IMG/VR virus record: IMGVR_UViG_3300042343_000347
DNA: 64,000 bases
From: a virus
Strand: one strand, 5' to 3'
Shown piece by piece: positions 56,879 to 64,000 of the stretch (position 1 is the first letter of the stretch; each line of letters opens with the position of its first letter). The notes beneath the pieces were generated by a model. The model saw only the letters and a list, made by a program, of their open reading frames with translations, had not been told where the DNA came from and did not search any database. The translations under genes were made by a program, and so were the position numbers.

Positions 56879-57637
56879 TTGAGCAAGAGAAAAACTGGGG
56901 CTTTAAGAAAAGAGCAAAACAGGCAAATGCAAAACTATCAAAAAAACTTCTATGTCGCAGAAACGATAGACTTCAGGGAAGAATATAAGCGACAACGTAA
57001 ACAAATCGAACTGCTACCGCAGTCAGTCAATCAAGAAAAATATATCCTATCACTAATCGACAGAGACTTAGACATCGTAGTTGTATCCGGTCCGGCTGGC
57101 ACTGGAAAAACATACTTGGCGATGCTAGCCGCGATCAAGTCCCTAAGAAACGGAGACTGCGATAAGATCATATTGACTAGACCTGCGGTGGCGGTCGATG
57201 ACGAGAAGCATGGTTTCTTGCCCGGAGACTTAAACAGCAAGATGGAACCCTGGGTACGTCCATTGCTAGATGTATTGAAAGAATACTATAGCATGAAAGA
57301 ACTGATCCACATGTTAAATGAGCAAATCATTGAGATAACTCCACTGGCATTCTGCCGTGGTCGAAACTTTAAGAACAGTTGGGTCATACTTGATGAAGCA
57401 CAAAATGCTACACCAAGTCAATTAAAAATGTTGATGACACGCATCTGTGAAGGAAGCAAAATAGTCATCACAGGCGACATCGAACAGACAGACAGACGAA
57501 CCGCTGACAACGGTTTACTTGATCTGACAAGTAAACTTCAACAGACTCCTGTTGCTGGTATCGGTGTGTGTGAGTTTGAAACAAGAGATATAAGGAGACA
57601 TAAGATTATAGAGCATATACTTAAACTCTACAACTAA
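56879..57637 (+). CDS. phoH: PhoH-family ATPase
   Basis: GPAGTGKT, TRPAV, GFLPGD, RGRNF, DEAQN, TGDIEQ.D; TTG start with AGGAG. Confidence 0.93.
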   Translation: MSKRKTGALRKEQNRQMQNYQKNFYVAETIDFREEYKRQRKQIELLPQSVNQEKYILSLIDRDLDIVVVSGPAGTGKTYLAMLAAIKSLRNGDCDKIILTRPAVAVDDEKHGFLPGDLNSKMEPWVRPLLDVLKEYYSMKELIHMLNEQIIEITPLAFCRGRNFKNSWVILDEAQNATPSQLKMLMTRICEGSKIVITGDIEQTDRRTADNGLLDLTSKLQQTPVAGIGVCEFETRDIRRHKIIEHILKLYN

Positions 57638-57641
57638 AAAA

Positions 57642-57666
57642 AAACGGGGAATTTATTTCCCCGTTT
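57642..57666. terminator. hairpin terminator between convergent genes
   Basis: AAACGGGGAA TTTAT TTCCCCGTTT preceded by A-run. Confidence 0.7.
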
Positions 57667-57931
57667 CTCTTCTTTTTGCTAATTCAGGCCCTTCTTTTTC
57701 AAGTTGGCTTATTGCTTGAGGATATACCTTCTTATAATATTCATGCAGTTGATCGAAGGTCCTATCTAATCTATTTCCTTCTACTACACATTTTTCTACT
57801 TTACGCAATCCATAATCTAATATGATATTGCTAGTAGATGCATCACTGGTACGCACACGCTTGACGAACCTTGCTTGTTCATCAATCTGTCCACCTGGTT
57901 TACGATAAAAACTAATCAATAGATAACGCAT
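57653..57931 (-). CDS. hypothetical phage protein
   Basis: MRYLLISFYRKPGGQIDE. Confidence 0.65.
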   Translation of the reverse strand: MRYLLISFYRKPGGQIDEQARFVKRVRTSDASTSNIILDYGLRKVEKCVVEGNRLDRTFDQLHEYYKKVYPQAISQLEKEGPELAKRRETGK

Positions 57932-57932
57932 G

Positions 57933-58313
57933 TTACTGCTTATCAAAAGTCAAATCGATAGTGCCGCCTTGCTCAAATTGATTCCAAGCAAGTAATTCTT
58001 TACCACCATTAGTAGTCTGTACAAAGATATTATAATCAGCATTTGCAGTCATCTTGATAGTTTGTGCATTTGGATCCATCCAACCACGATCTACCCATAC
58101 GCCGGCAGTAGGTCCAAAACTACATGATCCTTGCATGAACCAAACGTTTGGTTGCTGCCAGAACTTTAATGCATTAGTGTTGTTAGGATCACTGGTAGTA
58201 TTTGACCAACTCTGTCCAGGACTGATTGTAGTCAAATCTCCTGTGGTATTGTGTGTTACCGTGATATTATAATCAGTATTATTGTGAATAGTTAATGTTG
58301 CTTGCCAACTCAT
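57933..58313 (-). CDS. small beta-sandwich-like hypothetical protein
   Basis: 126 aa Thr/Asn/Trp-rich; GAGGAG RBS; TAAATA upstream. Confidence 0.65.
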   Translation of the reverse strand: MSWQATLTIHNNTDYNITVTHNTTGDLTTISPGQSWSNTTSDPNNTNALKFWQQPNVWFMQGSCSFGPTAGVWVDRGWMDPNAQTIKMTANADYNIFVQTTNGGKELLAWNQFEQGGTIDLTFDKQ

Positions 58314-58341
58314 GTGAATCTCCTCTGCTCTATTTACTAGA

Positions 58342-59265
58342 TCAAGAAGTCAATTCAATTAATGTTGCAGCCAAACTGATCTCGGGGATACCAACAAGCG
58401 GCAAGTTCGCAAGACCATTACGAATATGAATGATTGCAGTATCACGCGCCGGATTAGTTTTGCCCCACAAGTCAAGATTGTCATACATCCATTTATAGAT
58501 GTCTTCAATTCTTGTAGGATACAGACCTATGTATTCCATCAATGTCTGACGACCTTCTTGCACCTTACCATCTTTGAACAACGCTACTGCTTTGAGTAGC
58601 AATTCGTCTTCGTTGGTTGCCTCATTGCTAGGACGTGTCAGGCTACCTGTTATGCTATTAGCCTGTAACTGATTCAAACATTTACGTAGATCGGGATAAG
58701 TTGCACGAATATATAGATCCAACACTTCAAGGTCGAATTCAACGTTCTCAGTAACTAACACCGTCGCGGCTCTTGCTGTGAATTCAGTCATATCGGTCTT
58801 AGCGATATGAAACTCATGGCAACGACTCTTTAGTGCAGGAATGATCTTGTGTCTATAGTTACAAGTCAGGATATAGCGCACAGTCATGTGATACGCTTCC
58901 ATATCATTTCTCAAGGCGGCTTGCGCCGGGGGTGTGAGATAGTCCGCTTCGTCTAACAGCACTACCTTGAACTTGCCAAAAGGCATAGTCTGCACAAAAC
59001 TGTTGATCTTCTCACGTAGCATATCGATACCATTCTCACGGCTTGCGTTTATCTCAAGCACATCAAAATCTTCGACACCCAGTTCGTTGATCAATACTTT
59101 AGCAAGAGTGGTCTTGCCTGTACCTGGCTCACCACTCAATAGCAAATGCGGGATGCTTTCTTCTTTGATCCAATGTTTTACTGTTTGTTTCTGTTGTTCA
59201 TCAACAAAAACATATTCTTCGACCTTGCTAGGTCTATATTTTTCTACCCAGAGATTATTTTTCAT
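58342..59265 (-). CDS. clamp loader ATPase subunit (RFC small subunit / T4 gp44-like)
   Basis: WVEKYRP, GEPGTGKT, INAS, LDEAD, AQAALR, SRC, DLRK. Confidence 0.92.
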   Translation of the reverse strand: MKNNLWVEKYRPSKVEEYVFVDEQQKQTVKHWIKEESIPHLLLSGEPGTGKTTLAKVLINELGVEDFDVLEINASRENGIDMLREKINSFVQTMPFGKFKVVLLDEADYLTPPAQAALRNDMEAYHMTVRYILTCNYRHKIIPALKSRCHEFHIAKTDMTEFTARAATVLVTENVEFDLEVLDLYIRATYPDLRKCLNQLQANSITGSLTRPSNEATNEDELLLKAVALFKDGKVQEGRQTLMEYIGLYPTRIEDIYKWMYDNLDLWGKTNPARDTAIIHIRNGLANLPLVGIPEISLAATLIELTS

Positions 59266-59945
59266 TCTTTCCTATCACCAAAAAGTTGCAGTAACGATAA
59301 GAATATATTAATAAAATTCAAGTACAATGTCAATGCACCTTGGACTTCCTCGACATGATCACTAGTACTACGGGTAACAATCTCACGAATCTGCTGTGTA
59401 TCGTATGCTGTCAACCCAAGAAAAATAATAATGGCCAAAGCACTAATAACCATAGCAAATAAACTACTACCGATAAAGATATTAACAATACTGGCAATAA
59501 TAATGGCAATGAGGCCCACAAACATAAACCTACCAACACTATCAAGATTGTTTTTAGTAAAGTACCCATAAAAACTCATTACTCCGAATAAAATGGCTGC
59601 TCCCATAAATGCACTAACTATACTGCCCATCTGAAATACAGCAAAGATAGTTGCGAAACTCAGTCCCATCAATGCCGCGAATCCATGTAGAAGCAATAGG
59701 GCAATGTTTCTATCTGGTCTAGCGTTCAATGCTAACGTTACACCAAAAACTGCCGCTAATGGAGCAAAGATCACGATCCACTTAGTGAATCCTGTGAAAA
59801 AGAATTGTAGTAGTTCCGGGCTAGTGCCTACAAGATAACTTACGATCATCGATGTGATGACTGCTAGGCTCATGTTTTGATAAACTTTGGCCATAGCAAG
59901 ATTGATTTCACTTGCTGATTTATATGGATGTGAGATTGTGTACAT
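59262..59945 (-). CDS. Bax inhibitor-1 / YccA family membrane protein
   Basis: seven TM helices; AYDTQ, ALTLYLNFINIF. Confidence 0.9.
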   Translation of the reverse strand: MYTISHPYKSASEINLAMAKVYQNMSLAVITSMIVSYLVGTSPELLQFFFTGFTKWIVIFAPLAAVFGVTLALNARPDRNIALLLLHGFAALMGLSFATIFAVFQMGSIVSAFMGAAILFGVMSFYGYFTKNNLDSVGRFMFVGLIAIIIASIVNIFIGSSLFAMVISALAIIIFLGLTAYDTQQIREIVTRSTSDHVEEVQGALTLYLNFINIFLSLLQLFGDRKE

Positions 59946-59948
59946 GAT

Positions 59949-60302
59949 TTACTCCTTATCACTCATTGTATAATCGTCTACTGGCTCATCACTTACCAGT
60001 AAGACATCGTTTGGATCGACTTTGCGGATTATTTGTTCTCCGTCATTGTCTTCGATTTTGATGCCCCTAGTCCATCTACCATGGGCTATCATGATATACT
60101 GCCCTACCTTTACATCTTTCTGCTCAGGACCCACTGCATACACCTTACCCCAACGAGGTCTGATACCGGCGCTCTTTGTGTCATCGTTGCGGAGTACAAT
60201 ACCTCCTGCACTGATTCGCTCACCGAAATACATTTCTGATACTATGATAGTATCGTTCAGTGGAACTAACTTAGAGACCTTATAAGGGTTGATGTTTGCC
60301 AT
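59949..60302 (-). CDS. groES: GroES-like co-chaperonin
   Basis: PLND.IIV, SAGGIVL mobile loop, GKVYAVGP, VKVG. Confidence 0.8.
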   Translation of the reverse strand: MANINPYKVSKLVPLNDTIIVSEMYFGERISAGGIVLRNDDTKSAGIRPRWGKVYAVGPEQKDVKVGQYIMIAHGRWTRGIKIEDNDGEQIIRKVDPNDVLLVSDEPVDDYTMSDKE

Positions 60303-60304
60303 TG

Positions 60305-60628
60305 TTACTTACTCTCCTGTGCTTTGATGTTTTCTACTTCAATATCATCGTCTAATGATGTTTCTAAATCCAACTCATCTTTAGTGAGTTGTTGCTTAGG
60401 TTGCTGTGTCTTAGTAGTCTTGACCGGTTGTGCTGATTTATTGCCAACTGTCTTTTGGTATTTTTCCCCGACTTTCTGTGTTACAGGAACAACTACTTTA
60501 CCGCTGCCGTCAATAGTGTCACCTCGGGCATTCACTTTCATGTTACCTACGGCGCGCACTCGCTCATTTTTGGCTGCTAATGCTGCCATATCAATAATTT
60601 TACCCTGTGCTGTTCTATGCTGTTTCAT
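60305..60628 (-). CDS. hypothetical phage protein
   Basis: RAVGNMKVNARGD motif. Confidence 0.7.
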   Translation of the reverse strand: MKQHRTAQGKIIDMAALAAKNERVRAVGNMKVNARGDTIDGSGKVVVPVTQKVGEKYQKTVGNKSAQPVKTTKTQQPKQQLTKDELDLETSLDDDIEVENIKAQESK

Positions 60629-60637
60629 GATTTACCC

Positions 60638-61144
60638 TCATTTTAAAAATTCTTCGATATCAAGATCGTAGTACAGACTATTTATTTTGTGGATTCCTAT
60701 CAAATACAAAACAAAACTAGACACACTGGATCCACGACCCACTCCCCAAACTACATTGTTTTCGCGCATAGTGTCTACTAGATATTTAAGGTATCGTAAT
60801 AGATCAAACATGTCACGCTCTTGGAACAATAATAGTTCCATACCTGCGCGTTGCAGTTCTTCATCATTACTGCATTGTTCCAATATAAACTGTGCTATGT
60901 CTAGTTGTTTATATTGTTCCGGCATGTGCCAATTGTTTTGATTTTTTGTATCGAACTCTACGACCGAGACCTTAGGATCAACATAATGTATAAATTGTGG
61001 TACTTCTACTAAATCTAAAACTTCAGGAAACAGTACTTCCGATTCCAATAAAACTCTATATAACTTTTTTTCGGGATCTTTCAGGTAAAGGTCGCAGAGA
61101 TCATTCTCATCGTATATCAATTGACCATAGACATCTTTGCGCAT
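60638..61144 (-). CDS. stand-alone fragment homologous to DNA polymerase III alpha (DnaE) palm N-segment
   Basis: WGVGRGSSVSSFVLYLIGIHKINSL.Y.L. Confidence 0.75.
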   Translation of the reverse strand: MRKDVYGQLIYDENDLCDLYLKDPEKKLYRVLLESEVLFPEVLDLVEVPQFIHYVDPKVSVVEFDTKNQNNWHMPEQYKQLDIAQFILEQCSNDEELQRAGMELLLFQERDMFDLLRYLKYLVDTMRENNVVWGVGRGSSVSSFVLYLIGIHKINSLYYDLDIEEFLK

Positions 61145-61158
61145 CTTATAATGATACG

Positions 61159-61704
61159 CTATTTTCCCGTCCAAGTCAACTCTAACTCTGCCCAATCATC
61201 AGATTTATGGTCAAATAAATTAACGATCTTATCCTTTTTGTTTTTTTGTATTTGCACACACATAGTGGGTGTATTCCACCAGTGATTACCGCTAAATTCT
61301 GCTTCTGCGGTTTCATTTGATAATTCAAACTTGATGAGATTGCTTAGTTTGCTACCAAAAACGATATCAGTCATAATGATTCTCTCTTCCATGATAGCGT
61401 TGCATTTATTCATCAATATCAAACCTACGATTTGATCGTATGGTTCTTCAGGTACGAGGCAAACCTTCATACCCGCTTTGTTATATTTGTCTATAGCATC
61501 TTTCTCTTTGTCACAGACGAATATACAATCTTCAATAACACTACCTATAAAATGAGTTATTCTTTCTACTGCTATATTTTGATCGTTAGCGTCTAATGTA
61601 TTAATAGTCATTATAGCAGTCATCTCATATAAGTTTACCATATACTTGTCGCCGAAATGCACAGCAGTCATAAACGTAAACTCTTTTTGTATCTTACTTG
61701 ACAT
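61159..61704 (-). CDS. hypothetical phage protein
   Basis: PEEPYDQ motif. Confidence 0.7.
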   Translation of the reverse strand: MSSKIQKEFTFMTAVHFGDKYMVNLYEMTAIMTINTLDANDQNIAVERITHFIGSVIEDCIFVCDKEKDAIDKYNKAGMKVCLVPEEPYDQIVGLILMNKCNAIMEERIIMTDIVFGSKLSNLIKFELSNETAEAEFSGNHWWNTPTMCVQIQKNKKDKIVNLFDHKSDDWAELELTWTGK

Positions 61705-61705
61705 A

Positions 61706-61939
61706 TCAACCTTCTTTAGTGATTCTCACTTGACCTTCGATATTTTGTTTCTTGATCATTTCATTGATCTTCTTTTGATACTCAGATCGATAACTTTCAA
61801 TTACCATCTTTATCTGATGTATCAATGGACCATTACCGGTTCTGTATGCGAAGGTTAACTTTTGGTGCAAACTAGAAATCGTGTCTTGCAACTGTTCTAT
61901 TGTTTTATCTGAGAGATCGTTAATGAATGGGTGTTCCAT
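61706..61939 (-). CDS. hypothetical coiled-coil protein
   Basis: MEHPFINDLS N-terminus. Confidence 0.7.
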   Translation of the reverse strand: MEHPFINDLSDKTIEQLQDTISSLHQKLTFAYRTGNGPLIHQIKMVIESYRSEYQKKINEMIKKQNIEGQVRITKEG

Positions 61940-61942
61940 ACA

Positions 61943-63988
61943 TTATAATATATACCATTGGCCCGTCGCACCGCCCACTGCGCAATACAATTCTATGTTA
62001 GTATTGATTGGTAATGAGTATGCTGTGTTGACTGCCAATAAGTCTATCCTTGCTCCAGTGTTAGGATATACCTTTAGTGCGTTGGTAGCATTGATATTTC
62101 TTACGATGATTCTTAAACCTGCCTGAGCGGCTGGTAATTTAACACCGCTACCGCTAGTAACGGTTTGTACGATATTGATGGATGCTAGTAGATTGGCAGC
62201 ATCAGCCTGTGTGCTACCTGTCGCTACGATACCTGTAGTGACTCCTGATACGTAGAAGCCGTTTGCCAATATATTAGCATTTGAGAATATATTACCGGTG
62301 ACTGCTACTTGCCCTGATACCTCTATGTTGCCGAATATTGAATTTCCGTTAGCAATAACATCTACACAATTAACTGCACCTGCTATATTAGCAGTGCCTG
62401 CTATGACGTTACCGAAGATACCTGCATTTGCTGAACTGACTAGGCTCAGTGCATATATCGCATTTGCGATTACATTGCCGTTAGAAACAATCTGTGTGCC
62501 TGAAGTTAAATTACCTACTAATGTATTGCCGCCTATGTTGACATTACCTAATAGGTTTGCAGTTCCTGTGACTGATAGGTTTGCTGTAGCATTAATATTA
62601 CTACCTTGTAATGTACCACCGGATACTATGTTACCGGGAACAGACAGAACATTAGTAACATTATTATATGTGAAGCCTGCTGCCGCACCGAAAGTGCCTG
62701 CATTGTTAAATTGTACTTGCGTATTAGAACCAGCAACCAACCCGCTACCAGATCCGCCACCAGCAGACCATGCTAGATTACCGGTGCCATCTGTGACCAA
62801 GAAATAACCATTCACTCCACCACCGATACGTATATCAGCAATATTAGGAATGACCGCGCTAGTCGTAGTCTCTGTACCAGGTATCAACGGTATCTGTCTG
62901 AATATGTTCTTACCTTCATAAACCGTAAAGTCTAATGGATAAGAAGAATCAGGAATGTGAGTCAATACACCTTCATATGTTGGACCAGCAATGCCATTAT
63001 CTATAGTTTTGCTGATAGTAATACTAGTGCCAGATACTGACTTTACATAATATACTTCGCCGGCTGTGACATTAGCATTGGCTGTACCGGCGCCAGTGAA
63101 TATGATAGGATAATTGACTGCTATGTGAGTCATACCCGAAGCAGGATCGACACCGATAACGTTAGGGCTTGTTGTTGATATAACGTTCTTGTCAAAACTA
63201 TTTCCTGAATAATTATCCACAGCAACAAACATGTAACTTACAGGATTTAATGTAAAGTTTCCTGTGCCGCCTACAAGATTTATATTACTTGCAGCCTGAA
63301 AATCAGATGAGATTTTGAAATGAGTAGCGTTCGCGACATTGCTTACGTAATAAGTAGCACCAGACACAATGTTTGGTTCAAAACTATTACCTGTGAAGAC
63401 TACAGGTATGCCGGGATATAGTGCAGTTGTACTAGTGGTTACTAAGTAATCAGTCGCAGTAGATGTAGTGATATCTAATGTAGACGCTGTTAAGTCACTG
63501 ACACAGACAGTGCCTATAACATCACCTAACTGACCAGTTGTTGGCGGAGTTCTTTTCTGAACTTGTGCAGTCTGCATAGGTCTATTGATAGGCTGAACAT
63601 ATAATGTATTGCCGCAATCTACGCTTGATACTAATAGATTTAATTGTGTCACATCATAAGGAAAACTCAATGTGACAGCGCCATTTGGATTTGAACTGTT
63701 CTCGGTCAATGTCCAACCATAGTTATTTTCAAAGACTGCTTCTGCTGGGAACGTGATAGAGAAGTCTGCTTGAGCATTAGGACGTCCTATCTGTAGTGTG
63801 ACGTTGCTTTGTGTTTGTGTAGGAGCCCAATTACCGAATTGTAGTAAAACGTTTCCTGATAGATTTCCATACTGCACATCGCCCAGTGACAAGTCCACAG
63901 TCACTAAATTAGTGAGGGCATTACCTAAATTATACGTAGTAGAGCGAAAACCTAAAACGCTAGCATTAGATATGAGTGCATTAGCCAT
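61943..63988 (-). CDS. tail fibre / virion structural protein
   Basis: G/N/V/T-rich beta repeats, LVTDGTGNLAW, GSNTQVQFNNAGTFG, two YYV-containing repeats. Confidence 0.7.
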   Translation of the reverse strand: MANALISNASVLGFRSTTYNLGNALTNLVTVDLSLGDVQYGNLSGNVLLQFGNWAPTQTQSNVTLQIGRPNAQADFSITFPAEAVFENNYGWTLTENSSNPNGAVTLSFPYDVTQLNLLVSSVDCGNTLYVQPINRPMQTAQVQKRTPPTTGQLGDVIGTVCVSDLTASTLDITTSTATDYLVTTSTTALYPGIPVVFTGNSFEPNIVSGATYYVSNVANATHFKISSDFQAASNINLVGGTGNFTLNPVSYMFVAVDNYSGNSFDKNVISTTSPNVIGVDPASGMTHIAVNYPIIFTGAGTANANVTAGEVYYVKSVSGTSITISKTIDNGIAGPTYEGVLTHIPDSSYPLDFTVYEGKNIFRQIPLIPGTETTTSAVIPNIADIRIGGGVNGYFLVTDGTGNLAWSAGGGSGSGLVAGSNTQVQFNNAGTFGAAAGFTYNNVTNVLSVPGNIVSGGTLQGSNINATANLSVTGTANLLGNVNIGGNTLVGNLTSGTQIVSNGNVIANAIYALSLVSSANAGIFGNVIAGTANIAGAVNCVDVIANGNSIFGNIEVSGQVAVTGNIFSNANILANGFYVSGVTTGIVATGSTQADAANLLASINIVQTVTSGSGVKLPAAQAGLRIIVRNINATNALKVYPNTGARIDLLAVNTAYSLPINTNIELYCAVGGATGQWYIL

Positions 63989-64000
63989 GTCATTGTTTAA

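Noticed and set aside
228-62807. Many plus-strand ORFs antisense to annotated genes (e.g. 522-878, 32232-32579, 53166-53603, 62298-62807)
   Set aside because: Shadow frames of well-supported minus-strand genes, with no motifs or RBS
1-64000. Stop-codon reassignment (as in some jumbo phages)
   Set aside because: Conserved genes are full length in code 11, and TAG/TGA end genes at expected positions (e.g. guaC ends in TAG)

Overview
64 kb of a large, AT-rich, gene-dense tailed dsDNA phage (jumbo, T4-superfamily-like organisation), standard genetic code, almost all genes on the minus strand. The window holds a replication set (family B DNA polymerase, putative sliding clamp, RFC/gp44-like clamp loader, T4 RNase H-like 5'-3' exonuclease, a DnaE fragment), repair genes (UvsE, HhH-GPD glycosylase), proteostasis and auxiliary genes (ClpA, DnaJ, GroES, BI-1/YccA, Dps, PhoH, TilS, GuaC) and a tail-fibre-like gene at the right end. 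The most notable element is a ~16 kb 7-deazapurine locus (about 12.2-28.3 kb): folE, queD, queE, a DpdL-like T-fold protein (LxxxHRHxF) and a divergent TGT/DpdA-like base-exchange enzyme, with no queC/queF in the window. These are interleaved with two GT-B glycosyltransferases, GalE, cytidylyltransferases, a purine PRTase and GMP reductase. A compact preQ1-I-like H-type pseudoknot sits directly upstream of queD. Also present are six dispersed SGNH-like paralogues, tandem sulfotransferases, and a family of late proteins with M(K/R)xx(E/D)(F/I/V)xE leaders and modular xxE-delimited segments suggestive of protease-processed head cargo. All assignments come from motif reading, not database searches.
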